Of a DNA stretch of 64,000 bases, positions 27,634 to 37,008 are shown piece after piece; within the stretch, counting starts at the first letter, position 1; the number at the start of each line of letters is the position of its first letter. The position numbers were made by a program, and so were the translations under genes. The notes below the pieces were generated by a model. That model worked only from the letters and a program-made list of their open reading frames with translations, made no database searches and was not told the origin of the DNA. Origin of the DNA: Escherichia coli O127:H6 str. E2348/69 (GTDB lineage Bacteria; Pseudomonadota; Gammaproteobacteria; Enterobacterales; Enterobacteriaceae). The DNA lies in assembly GCF_000026545.1 (NCBI RefSeq), contig NC_011601.1, one strand, 5' to 3'.

Positions 27634-28794
27634 ATGACGCGTAAACAGGCCACCATCGCAGTGCGTAGCGGGTTAAATGACGACGAACAGTATGGTTGCG
27701 TTGTCCCTCCCATCCATCTTTCCAGTACCTATAACTTTACCGGATTTAATGAACCGCGCGCGCATGATTACTCGCGGCGCGGCAACCCAACGCGCGATGT
27801 GGTTCAGCGAGCGCTGGCAGAACTGGAAGGCGGTGCTGGTGCAGTACTTACTAATACCGGCATGTCCGCGATTCACCTGGTAACGACCGTCTTTTTGAAA
27901 CCTGGCGATCTGCTGGTTGCGCCGCACGACTGCTACGGCGGTAGCTATCGCCTGTTCGACAGCCTGGCGAAACGCGGTTGCTATCGCGTGTTGTTTGTTG
28001 ATCAAAGCGATGAACAGGCATTACGGGCAGCGCTGGCAGAAAACCCCAAACTGGTACTGGTAGAAAGCCCAAGTAATCCATTGTTACGCGTCGTGGATAT
28101 TGCGAAAATCTGCCATCTGGCAAGGGAAGTCGGGGCGGTGAGCGTGGTGGATAACACCTTCTTAAGCCCGGCATTACAAAATCCACTGGCATTAGGTGCC
28201 GATCTGGTGTTGCATTCATGCACGAAATATCTGAACGGTCACTCTGACGTGGTGGCAGGCGTAGTGATTGCTAAAGACCCGGACGTTGTCACTGAACTTG
28301 CCTGGTGGGCAAACAATATTGGCGTGACGGGCGGCGCGTTTGACAGCTATCTGCTGCTGCGCGGGTTGCGAACGCTGGTGCCGCGAATGGAGCTGGCACA
28401 GCGCAACGCGCAGGCGATTGTGAAATATCTGCAAACCCAGCCGTTGGTGAAAAAACTGTATCACCCGTCGCTGCCGGAAAATCAGGGGCATGAAATTGCC
28501 GCGCGCCAGCAAAAAGGCTTTGGCGCAATGTTGAGTTTTGAACTGGATGGCGATGAGCAGACGCTGCGTCGTTTCCTGGGCGGGCTGTCGTTGTTTACGC
28601 TGGCGGAATCATTAGGGGGAGTGGAAAGTTTAATCTCTCACGCCGCAACCATGACACATGCAGGCATGGCGCCAGAAGCGCGTGCTGCCGCCGGGATCTC
28701 CGAGACGCTGCTGCGTATCTCCACCGGTATTGAAGATGGCGAAGATTTAATTGCCGACCTGGAAAATGGCTTCCGGGCTGCAAACAAGGGGTAA
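27634..28794 (+). CDS. metB: Cystathionine gamma-synthase
   Basis: ORF 27520..28794; canonical start MTRKQATIAVRSGLNDDEQ gives 386 aa; PLP-dependent enzyme. Confidence 0.95.
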   Translation: MTRKQATIAVRSGLNDDEQYGCVVPPIHLSSTYNFTGFNEPRAHDYSRRGNPTRDVVQRALAELEGGAGAVLTNTGMSAIHLVTTVFLKPGDLLVAPHDCYGGSYRLFDSLAKRGCYRVLFVDQSDEQALRAALAENPKLVLVESPSNPLLRVVDIAKICHLAREVGAVSVVDNTFLSPALQNPLALGADLVLHSCTKYLNGHSDVVAGVVIAKDPDVVTELAWWANNIGVTGGAFDSYLLLRGLRTLVPRMELAQRNAQAIVKYLQTQPLVKKLYHPSLPENQGHEIAARQQKGFGAMLSFELDGDEQTLRRFLGGLSLFTLAESLGGVESLISHAATMTHAGMAPEARAAAGISETLLRISTGIEDGEDLIADLENGFRAANKG

Positions 28795-28796
28795 AA

Positions 28797-31229
28797 ATGA
28801 GTGTGATTGCGCAGGCAGGGGCGAAAGGTCGTCAACTGCATAAATTTGGTGGCAGTAGTCTGGCTGATGTGAAGTGTTATTTGCGTGTCGCGGGCATTAT
28901 GGCGGAGTACTCTCAGCCTGACGATATGATGGTGGTTTCCGCCGCCGGTAGCACCACTAACCAGTTGATTAACTGGTTGAAACTAAGCCAGACCGATCGT
29001 CTCTCTGCGCATCAGGTTCAACAAACATTACGTCGTTATCAGTGCGATCTGATTAGCGGCCTGCTACCCGCCGAAGAAGCCGATAACCTCATTAGCGCTT
29101 TTGTCAGCGATCTTGAGCGCCTGGCGGCGTTGCTCGACAGCGGTATTAACGATGCGGTGTATGCGGAAGTGGTGGGCCACGGTGAAGTGTGGTCGGCGCG
29201 CCTGATGTCTGCGGTGCTTAATCAACAAGGGCTGCCATCGGCCTGGCTTGATGCCCGCGAGTTTTTACGCGCTGAACGCGCTGCGCAACCGCAGGTTGAT
29301 GAAGGGCTTTCGTACCCGTTGCTGCAACAGCTACTGGTACAACATCCGGGCAAACGTCTGGTGGTGACCGGGTTTATCAGCCGTAACAACGCCGGTGAAA
29401 CGGTGCTGCTTGGGCGTAACGGTTCCGACTATTCCGCGACACAAATCGGTGCGCTGGCGGGTGTTTCTCGCGTAACCATCTGGAGTGACGTCGCCGGGGT
29501 ATATAGCGCCGACCCGCGTAAAGTGAAAGATGCCTGCCTGCTGCCGTTGCTGCGTCTGGATGAAGCCAGCGAACTGGCGCGTCTGGCGGCTCCCGTTCTT
29601 CATGCCCGTACTTTACAGCCCGTTTCTGGCAGCGAAATCGACCTGCAACTGCGCTGTAGCTACACGCCGGATCAAGGTTCCACGCGCATTGAACGCGTGC
29701 TGGCCTCCGGTACTGGTGCGCGTATTGTCACCAGCCATGATGATGTCTGCTTGATTGAGTTTCAGGTGCCCGCCAGCCAGGATTTCAAACTGGCGCATAA
29801 AGAGATCGACCAGATCCTGAAACGTGCTCAGGTGCGCCCACTGGCGGTTGGCGTGCATAACGATCGCCAGTTGCTGCAATTTTGCTACACCTCAGAAGTG
29901 GCCGACAGTGCGCTGAAAATCCTCGACGAAGCGGGATTACCTGGCGAACTGCGCCTGCGTCAGGGGCTGGCGCTGGTGGCGATGGTTGGGGCGGGCGTCA
30001 CCCGTAACCCGCTGCATTGCCACCGCTTCTGGCAGCAACTGAAAGGCCAGCCGGTCGAGTTTACCTGGCAGTCTGATGATGGCATCAGCCTGGTGGCAGT
30101 ACTGCGCACCGGCCCGACCGAAAGCCTGATTCAGGGGCTGCATCAGTCCGTCTTCCGCGCGGAAAAACGCATCGGCCTGGTATTGTTCGGTAAGGGCAAT
30201 ATCGGTTCCCGCTGGCTGGAACTGTTCGCCCGTGAGCAGAGTACGCTTTCGGCACGTACCGGCTTTGAATTTGTGCTGGCAGGCGTGGTGGACAGCCGCC
30301 GCAGCCTGTTGAGCTATGACGGGCTGGACGCCAGCCGCGCGTTAGCCTTCTTCAACGATGAAGCGGTCGAGCAGGATGAAGAGTCGCTGTTCCTGTGGAT
30401 GCGCGCCCACCCGTATGATGATTTAGTGGTGCTGGACGTTACCGCCAGCCAGCAGCTCGCTGACCAGTATCTTGATTTCGCCAGCCACGGTTTCCACGTC
30501 ATCAGTGCCAACAAACTGGCAGGAGCGAGCGACAGCAATAAATATCGCCAGATCCACGACGCCTTCGAAAAAACCGGGCGTCACTGGCTGTACAATGCCA
30601 CTGTCGGTGCGGGTTTGCCGATCAACCATACCGTGCGCGATCTGATCGACAGCGGCGATACCATTTTGTCGATCAGTGGGATCTTCTCTGGCACGCTCTC
30701 CTGGCTGTTCCTGCAATTCGACGGTAGCGTGCCGTTTACCGAACTGGTGGATCAGGCGTGGCAGCAGGGCTTAACCGAGCCTGACCCGCGTGATGACCTT
30801 TCCGGCAAAGACGTGATGCGCAAGCTGGTGATTCTGGCGCGTGAAGCGGGTTACAACATTGAACCGGACCAGGTACGTGTTGAATCACTGGTACCTGCCC
30901 ATTGCGAAGGCGGCAGCATCGACCATTTCTTTGAAAATGGCGATGAACTTAACGAGCAGATGGTGCAACGACTGGAAGCGGCCCGCGAAATGGGGCTGGT
31001 GCTGCGCTACGTGGCGCGTTTCGATGCCAATGGCAAAGCGCGTGTGGGCGTGGAAGCGGTGCGTGAAGACCATCCGCTGGCATCACTACTGCCATGCGAT
31101 AACGTCTTTGCCATCGAAAGCCGCTGGTATCGCGACAACCCGCTGGTGATCCGCGGGCCAGGTGCAGGGCGCGACGTCACCGCCGGGGCGATTCAGTCGG
31201 ATATCAACCGGCTGGCGCAGTTGTTGTAG
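28797..31229 (+). CDS. metL: Bifunctional aspartokinase II / homoserine dehydrogenase II
   Basis: 810-aa ORF starting 3 bp after the metB stop; MSVIAQAGAKGRQLHKFGGSSLADVKCYLRVAG. Confidence 0.95.
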   Translation: MSVIAQAGAKGRQLHKFGGSSLADVKCYLRVAGIMAEYSQPDDMMVVSAAGSTTNQLINWLKLSQTDRLSAHQVQQTLRRYQCDLISGLLPAEEADNLISAFVSDLERLAALLDSGINDAVYAEVVGHGEVWSARLMSAVLNQQGLPSAWLDAREFLRAERAAQPQVDEGLSYPLLQQLLVQHPGKRLVVTGFISRNNAGETVLLGRNGSDYSATQIGALAGVSRVTIWSDVAGVYSADPRKVKDACLLPLLRLDEASELARLAAPVLHARTLQPVSGSEIDLQLRCSYTPDQGSTRIERVLASGTGARIVTSHDDVCLIEFQVPASQDFKLAHKEIDQILKRAQVRPLAVGVHNDRQLLQFCYTSEVADSALKILDEAGLPGELRLRQGLALVAMVGAGVTRNPLHCHRFWQQLKGQPVEFTWQSDDGISLVAVLRTGPTESLIQGLHQSVFRAEKRIGLVLFGKGNIGSRWLELFAREQSTLSARTGFEFVLAGVVDSRRSLLSYDGLDASRALAFFNDEAVEQDEESLFLWMRAHPYDDLVVLDVTASQQLADQYLDFASHGFHVISANKLAGASDSNKYRQIHDAFEKTGRHWLYNATVGAGLPINHTVRDLIDSGDTILSISGIFSGTLSWLFLQFDGSVPFTELVDQAWQQGLTEPDPRDDLSGKDVMRKLVILAREAGYNIEPDQVRVESLVPAHCEGGSIDHFFENGDELNEQMVQRLEAAREMGLVLRYVARFDANGKARVGVEAVREDHPLASLLPCDNVFAIESRWYRDNPLVIRGPGAGRDVTAGAIQSDINRLAQLL

Positions 31230-31241
31230 TGATTATTGAAC

Positions 31242-31269
31242 AAAAGCTGGCAGTTGCCAGCTTTTGTTG
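31242..31269 (+). terminator. Rho-independent terminator downstream of metL
   Basis: AAAAGCTGGCA-GT-TGCCAGCTTTTGTTG. Confidence 0.8.
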
Positions 31270-31329
31270 TCACCCCTAAACCTCTTCCTGGGGAAGTGGT
31301 GATTGATTGTCATTTTGCCTTTGGTCAGT

Positions 31330-31353
31330 GCCCCCGGTAATAAGGGGGCTTTT
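31330..31353 (+). terminator. Second hairpin plus T-run at the left edge of the metL-metF accessory region
   Basis: GCCCCC-GGTAATAA-GGGGGC followed by TTTTG. Confidence 0.4.
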
Positions 31354-31446
31354 GTGTTGAGCGATGAAGTAACAGAGTGAATGGTGAAGTTATTAATGAC
31401 AATTACAAAATGACATTAAGTAACAATATCTAAAATGTCACCTAAT

Positions 31447-32307
31447 TTAAAATTGATAACCAATAGTAGTATAGGTTCCCCATCCTGTATTTTTTAATTC
31501 AAATGGACCATCTCCGAAGTTAACCTTCTCTCCCGCATTCCATTGTCCACCGTTGTGAAAATAACGTAGTGTAAATGCAAATTTCCAGTGTTCATATAGA
31601 AGGGAAAGGATATGGCTTGAAGCAATAGCATTACTGGTTCGTTTATTATTGTGTGACTTGTCCGCAAGATCGGAGCCAAAATCAAAGTTAGTAAAACTAT
31701 TGTATACCAATCGTCCTCCGAATAAATTTGTAAGAGGGATGCTATATTTTATTTTGAATCGATATCCGTCCCATTCATTTTCATTAGCGGCACCATAGTT
31801 TTGCCACTGATACTTGGCGTATATATTGGCAGAAAGCTTAATTGGTAGACCCGTGTCGATATCTGTACCAAGCCCCATATACCATGTACTTTGCCGGGAT
31901 GACTGGTTGTCACCCATATCATAGACATAGTTGTTTGCAATGAACCATTCTTTAAATGGGCCGAACGCAAGATTTAATCCGGTCAATTTGTCAATGGAAA
32001 ACCGAGGTTCTATTTCCGTAAATAGTGGTGAGCCCTCATCCCAGATCCCAACATCATAGTGACTGCCGACGCCAAAGAATTTCGGTAGATCAACATAACC
32101 ATAAAAATCAAACCAGTCTTTTCTTCCTGCTACAGTATATTCAGGGTAGAGGTCGTTAGTCAGTCTTGGGCCAAAGCGAGAGTCTGTGCGACCAATGACA
32201 TTCAAGCTTTGATGTAACCAGCTTTCATCAATTTTAATTTCCTGAGCGTTTCCAATGCAAGGTATTAATAGAATGGATAAAGCTATCCAGTGCTTTTTTA
32301 TATACAT
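31447..32307 (-). CDS. Tsx/OmpK-family outer-membrane nucleoside-specific channel (accessory paralog)
   Basis: 286-aa ORF; N-terminal signal peptide ([21 protein letters not shown]|QE), aromatic-rich beta-barrel-like sequence, C-terminal ...GYQF ending in Phe as in Tsx; last gene of a minus-strand three-gene cluster. Confidence 0.6.
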   Translation of the reverse strand: MYIKKHWIALSILLIPCIGNAQEIKIDESWLHQSLNVIGRTDSRFGPRLTNDLYPEYTVAGRKDWFDFYGYVDLPKFFGVGSHYDVGIWDEGSPLFTEIEPRFSIDKLTGLNLAFGPFKEWFIANNYVYDMGDNQSSRQSTWYMGLGTDIDTGLPIKLSANIYAKYQWQNYGAANENEWDGYRFKIKYSIPLTNLFGGRLVYNSFTNFDFGSDLADKSHNNKRTSNAIASSHILSLLYEHWKFAFTLRYFHNGGQWNAGEKVNFGDGPFELKNTGWGTYTTIGYQF

Positions 32308-32383
32308 AAATATATCTCTTATATATTGTTGATTTAGAGAGAAATAATGTCATCCAGTGAATGAATGGTATTATAAGTTTTTG

Positions 32384-34009
32384 TTATTTGCTTACTTCTA
32401 CCCGCATTTCATTTACCTGTGCAGGAGTAATCTTGTGGCCTTTCTTAAAATAATCGATTACGACATTGGACATGTTATTTCCGGCGCGGACCTGGACATT
32501 TTTCCCTTCTTTGAATGCCAGAAAACCATCGCCCCCAAGTGCAAGGAAAGTCGTAGTCGCAACATGGTAAATATTCGTATCAACGATCTCTTCACCATTA
32601 ATTTTAAAAGATACAATGCGCTGACCTACTGGTTTCTGCAGGGTATAGCGCATTTCTGCGCCTTTTGACATTTGCAGGATGCCATTGGTAAGCGATGCCC
32701 CGTGCTCCAGTAGGTTACGCAGATCCTTACCGCTGAGATCCATTTCAGTAAGTTCATTCTTGAAGGGGAATGTACTGGTAATGTCACCAAAGGTAATCGT
32801 GCCTGCATTTATATCAGCACGTAAACTGCCGGAGTTTATCAACGCAATTTGTGCAGTCGGTGCAGCGACAAGCATTGCATCGGTAAACAGGTTGCCAAGT
32901 TGCGATGACTCACCGTAGGCACGAGTTAATGCAATCGATGATTCACCGACTGGTTGGCGTACAATATCCGCCAGTTTTTTATTCCAGCCATTGATAACTT
33001 TTTGTGTGGTTGGATCGGGTATCCATTCATCGGCATAAACCGTTTTCAGCTCAAAGCTCTTCACTTTATGAGTACGAGCTGTAGGGTTGACATCAAGGAT
33101 TAATTTACCAATATCGATACCGCCACTGTCAGTCGAAAGGATTAAGGTGTTGCCGACTTTGATTGGTTCTGGCGTTCCGACGTGGGCATGCCCGGTAATC
33201 AGAATATCCAATCCTTTCACCTTGCTTGCGGTTTGAATATCTTTATCCAGCGCACGTCTAACATCTGTATTGCCAATGCTGGACTGACGCGCCGGTACGC
33301 CTTCATGAACCAGCGCCACGGTGAGGTCAACCTTATCACGTAACTCGTCGATATAATGCTGCAAATACTTCACTTCATCACGTGCTTCAATCCCCTGATT
33401 CTTGAGGGTCGCGGAAGATTTATCAAATCGGTTATTATTGTCATTATCGAGTCCCTGGAGAGAGAGCTCCGAGACCGTGTCATTAAATGCAAATACGCCG
33501 TGTAGCCCAACAATACCAATCTTGATGCCATCTTTTTCCAGGATGGTGTAGGGCTTGTTCCAGAAGGGTTTCTCACTCTCTTTATGATAAACATTGCCTA
33601 ATAAAACAGGGAAATTCGCTTTGCTTAATTGTCGGAGGGCATTATCCCAGCCATGGTCAAACTCATGATTACCGATTGATACTGCGTCAAAAGGCATGGT
33701 ATTCATAATATCAATTATTGCTTCGCCCTTTGTCAGGCTACTGATATATGGCCCGGTGAAATAGTCTCCAGCATCAAAATAAAAGGTGGCTTTATTTTTG
33801 GCTTTCTCTTGTTTTACTAACGTGGATATATTGGCAAAGCCACCAATGTCGCGTTTTCCGTCTGCGACATACGGTACTTTATAGGAATCCACATGAGCGT
33901 GAAGATCATTGGTATAAATAATCGTGACATCCTGCGCCATGACTGAGGTCGAAAAAATAGTCAGCAATGTTGCGGCAAGTAAAGTACGCTGCGCTGTTTT
34001 CATTCGCAT
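32384..34009 (-). CDS. Secreted UshA-like bifunctional metallophosphatase/5'-nucleotidase, paralog 1
   Basis: 541-aa ORF; signal peptide ...SVMA|QDV; calcineurin-like motifs [26 protein letters not shown]; C-terminal 5'-nucleotidase domain (GNLFTDAM, FPFKNEL). Confidence 0.8.
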   Translation of the reverse strand: MRMKTAQRTLLAATLLTIFSTSVMAQDVTIIYTNDLHAHVDSYKVPYVADGKRDIGGFANISTLVKQEKAKNKATFYFDAGDYFTGPYISSLTKGEAIIDIMNTMPFDAVSIGNHEFDHGWDNALRQLSKANFPVLLGNVYHKESEKPFWNKPYTILEKDGIKIGIVGLHGVFAFNDTVSELSLQGLDNDNNNRFDKSSATLKNQGIEARDEVKYLQHYIDELRDKVDLTVALVHEGVPARQSSIGNTDVRRALDKDIQTASKVKGLDILITGHAHVGTPEPIKVGNTLILSTDSGGIDIGKLILDVNPTARTHKVKSFELKTVYADEWIPDPTTQKVINGWNKKLADIVRQPVGESSIALTRAYGESSQLGNLFTDAMLVAAPTAQIALINSGSLRADINAGTITFGDITSTFPFKNELTEMDLSGKDLRNLLEHGASLTNGILQMSKGAEMRYTLQKPVGQRIVSFKINGEEIVDTNIYHVATTTFLALGGDGFLAFKEGKNVQVRAGNNMSNVVIDYFKKGHKITPAQVNEMRVEVSK

Positions 34010-34043
34010 TCCTTGTTAAATAAATTGACTGATAAATGAGATT

Positions 34044-35597
34044 TTATTTGGCGACGTCCATGACTCGTTTAGTTAAGTCTGGGGTGACAGGTTTATGATT
34101 TTTGAAATAATCGATGATAGATTCCGCCGAGGTTGTTCCCGGTATCGTCTTCACATTTTTTCCATTCAAAAATGCTTCAAAACCGTCACCACCACTGGCA
34201 CAAAAGGAGTGCGTGGCAATACGATATGTTTGATTATCTTCCACGGGTTTGCCGTTAATGGTGAAAGAGATTAACCGTTGGTTGAGTGGTTTTTTGCTGT
34301 CATAGACAACCGCAACGCTTTTTGAAACCTGTAACACACCGTTAGTTAGATTGGTTGCATGCGTCATCAATGATTTGAGATCGCGGCCCGTCAAATCCAT
34401 CTCGATGAGGTCATTATTAAAGGGGAATGTGCTAATAACATCTCCCAGTGTGATATCGCCTTTAGGAAAATCAGCTCGCATCCCACCGCTATTTTGAAAT
34501 CCGGCAACGGCATCAGGTGTTTTTTCCATCATTGCATCAAGAATAAGGTTGCCGGTAGAAGAGGAACTACCATACTCACGTGTTAAAACTATGGGAGAAT
34601 GGCCGACAACTTCCTGTGTTATTTTGTTAAGCTGTGCACTCCATTTATCAATAGTATTTTGAACGATGGTGTCAGGTTTAAATTGATCTGCAAAGATGGT
34701 GATTAACTCACCATTATAACTATCAATTTTCTTCGTTTTCGGATTGTAATCAAGCACAAGTTTTCCGATGTTGGTGCCGTATGCATCGGTAGATACAATT
34801 AATGTGTTATTAACTTTTATTGGTTGCGGTGTTCCGACATGTGCGTGACCGGTAATTAAGACATCAACACCATTCACTTTTTTAGCTGTCTCAATATCTG
34901 CCTGTAGTAGCCGCTCCACATCTTTACTACCAAAGCTTGATTGACGCGCCGGGACACCTTCGTGAATTAGCAAAACGGTAATGTCGACTTTACCTTTTAA
35001 TTCTGCAAGTGCTTTATTTAAAAATTTAATTTCGTCTCTGGCTTCTACGCCTTCACGTGCTTTTGCCGCGACAGTATCATAGAAAGCGAATGCGCCATGC
35101 AATCCAATCACACCAATCTTTAAACCATCTTTTTCGATAATGGTCCACGGATGATCCCAAACTGGTTTATTCGTATCGGTGTAGTAGATATTTCCCAGCA
35201 GAATGGGGAATTTTGCTTTTGATAACTGAGACACCATATTGGGCACACCGTGATCGAACTCGTGATTACCAACAGACACCGCATCAAAGGGCATAGTGTT
35301 CATGATATCAATAATAGCTTCACCTTTGGTCAGTGTGCTGATATACGGCCCGGTAAAATAGTCGCCTGCATCAAAGAAAAACACATCTTTGCTTTTTTTC
35401 TTCGCTTCATTAACGATGCCTGCAATATTAGCCATACCACCTATAAGTCTGTTCTTATCAACAGCGATGATTTTTGCCGGATTGACATGTGCGTGAATGT
35501 CATTCGTATAATAAATAGTAACGTCCTGAGCTAGAACACTGTGAGAAAATATCACGCCGAATATGACTGATAATGTTGTAAATACAGTTTTCATCAT
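34044..35597 (-). CDS. Secreted UshA-like bifunctional metallophosphatase/5'-nucleotidase, paralog 2
   Basis: 517-aa ORF; signal peptide ...SVLA|QDV; motifs [33 protein letters not shown]; more divergent from paralogs 1 and 3. Confidence 0.8.
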   Translation of the reverse strand: MMKTVFTTLSVIFGVIFSHSVLAQDVTIYYTNDIHAHVNPAKIIAVDKNRLIGGMANIAGIVNEAKKKSKDVFFFDAGDYFTGPYISTLTKGEAIIDIMNTMPFDAVSVGNHEFDHGVPNMVSQLSKAKFPILLGNIYYTDTNKPVWDHPWTIIEKDGLKIGVIGLHGAFAFYDTVAAKAREGVEARDEIKFLNKALAELKGKVDITVLLIHEGVPARQSSFGSKDVERLLQADIETAKKVNGVDVLITGHAHVGTPQPIKVNNTLIVSTDAYGTNIGKLVLDYNPKTKKIDSYNGELITIFADQFKPDTIVQNTIDKWSAQLNKITQEVVGHSPIVLTREYGSSSSTGNLILDAMMEKTPDAVAGFQNSGGMRADFPKGDITLGDVISTFPFNNDLIEMDLTGRDLKSLMTHATNLTNGVLQVSKSVAVVYDSKKPLNQRLISFTINGKPVEDNQTYRIATHSFCASGGDGFEAFLNGKNVKTIPGTTSAESIIDYFKNHKPVTPDLTKRVMDVAK

Positions 35598-35642
35598 CCC
35601 TCCTAGATAGGGGGTGTTACATTTGTTGAATTATTTAAATAA

Positions 35643-35659
35643 AAGACACATCGTGTCTT
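35643..35659. promoter_or_regulatory. Perfect 7-3-7 palindrome AAGACAC-ATC-GTGTCTT between the Cys-rich gene and nucleotidase paralog 2 (candidate operator or weak terminator)
   Basis: Exact inverted repeat read directly from the sequence, ~50 bp upstream of the paralog-2 start codon and ~170 bp downstream of the Cys-rich gene stop. Confidence 0.45.
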
Positions 35660-35691
35660 ATTTTATGTAAGCATAGTTCAGAAAAGTATTG

Positions 35692-35707
35692 TGTGATCTT
35701 AGTAACA
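35692..35707. promoter_or_regulatory. CRP-like site upstream of the nucleotidase-2 / nucleotidase-1 / tsx-like cluster
   Basis: TGTGA-TCTTAG-TAACA: one perfect half-site and one half-site with a single mismatch to TGTGA-N6-TCACA. Confidence 0.45.
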
Positions 35708-35826
35708 AATAATGTTATTAATTAAACATTGACCATGATTATATTTCACGGTCATACATTTATATATTTAATTAAATGAAAGGTAGTGATCTCTCTTAAT
35801 TTATGGTCGTTTGTCGAGTGTATTGA

Positions 35827-36951
35827 CTAACAAGATGGAGTGAGCGATTCATTGTATTTTAACGCCAGTGAGGTCAGCATTTGCGTTACGCGACCTGCGG
35901 ATAATAACGCGCTTTGGGTAAAGTCGTGTTGGTCTGTCAGCCATGTGATAAAACAACGACTGGTTGCCAGAGAAACATTTGCGCCCCTTTCTAAGCAGGC
36001 TCCCGTGAGTAGGCAGACCATCTTGCAGTTATTCCCCTGCTCCCAGCGCTGCCACTGATTTTGCCACCAACCATGGTATGTCGTTCCCTTAAAATGCCAG
36101 GGCGTATCAGCGTTACTGTCACTGATTTCTTCTTCTACGAACCAAAGTTCACCTTGTTGTTGGCGGAACTGATCTGCCCAGGCTGTAATAATTGCGCCTC
36201 TTAGAAAACATTCGTGTGAAATAATATGCGTTTTGACATCTGGATAGCGGATTTTCAGTATTCTGAAATGCCCGTGTGCCTTGATAACCGGGCGTAGTAT
36301 GGCTCCCTTACCGTTGCGCTTGAGTACAGCACTGCCATACTGAATTTCATCGAACTGGCTCCGGCGCAAGAATTGCGCTTCACGCATATCTACCTTCTGC
36401 ACGATATCGCGATGGTGCATAGTTGGTTCTGTGTTGCCCTTGTAACTGTACCGCAGACTGTCTCCTGTCTGATGTTGCGTATAATTCGTGGAGAGATGAA
36501 GAATGTTGCCACGAGTGGCGTCAAGACTGACTAAAACATACAGTTTTTGTACTGCGCTGGCCCCTTGAAAGGGTATGAACAGTTGAACGGTTTCAATGGC
36601 CTGGGGATGCGTAATTTCTTTCTGATATTTTTTAGGCGTCCAGACTTTTTTGCAGTTACGGCATTGAATGCGTTGCGAACCCTGTGGATTGTGACCATAA
36701 CAAATCATGTCTGTGCCATAACATACCGGGCAGAAATGGCCTTTCTCAATTGCATAAGTAGACAAGTGAACTGACAACCAGTCACGAAATTGTTGCTCGT
36801 CAAACAACGGCGGGTAACTGCCACATGCCCGACAGTGCAGTGCCGGATAACCCAGTTTATAGTCTGGCCAACTGTAATCTTCCGATGAGGCCAATCCCAA
36901 ATTTCGGCAACCGAACGTTTTACAGGCATTAATCGTAAACAGAGTCGACAT
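35827..36951 (-). CDS. Hypothetical cysteine-rich protein with two putative N-terminal zinc ribbons and a Trp-rich C-terminal domain
   Basis: 374-aa ORF; Cys clusters C-x4-C...C-x2-C and C-x2-C-x17-C-x2-C (HFCPVCYG...IQCRNCKK); no signal peptide; not recognised as any K-12 protein; AT-rich flanking intergenic regions. Confidence 0.6.
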   Translation of the reverse strand: MSTLFTINACKTFGCRNLGLASSEDYSWPDYKLGYPALHCRACGSYPPLFDEQQFRDWLSVHLSTYAIEKGHFCPVCYGTDMICYGHNPQGSQRIQCRNCKKVWTPKKYQKEITHPQAIETVQLFIPFQGASAVQKLYVLVSLDATRGNILHLSTNYTQHQTGDSLRYSYKGNTEPTMHHRDIVQKVDMREAQFLRRSQFDEIQYGSAVLKRNGKGAILRPVIKAHGHFRILKIRYPDVKTHIISHECFLRGAIITAWADQFRQQQGELWFVEEEISDSNADTPWHFKGTTYHGWWQNQWQRWEQGNNCKMVCLLTGACLERGANVSLATSRCFITWLTDQHDFTQSALLSAGRVTQMLTSLALKYNESLTPSC

Positions 36952-37008
36952 ATATCACCAACGATTTCACAAGGTCGTTGATTTTGTCCGGCAACTATCC
37001 CCTGCGGA

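Noticed and set aside
35827-36951. Calling the Cys-rich protein a transposase and the island a transposon
   Set aside because: Zinc-ribbon motifs alone are not diagnostic. I could not identify a DDE/DEDD catalytic triad or terminal inverted repeats flanking the gene by eye, so it is left as a hypothetical protein with the transposase idea as one alternative.
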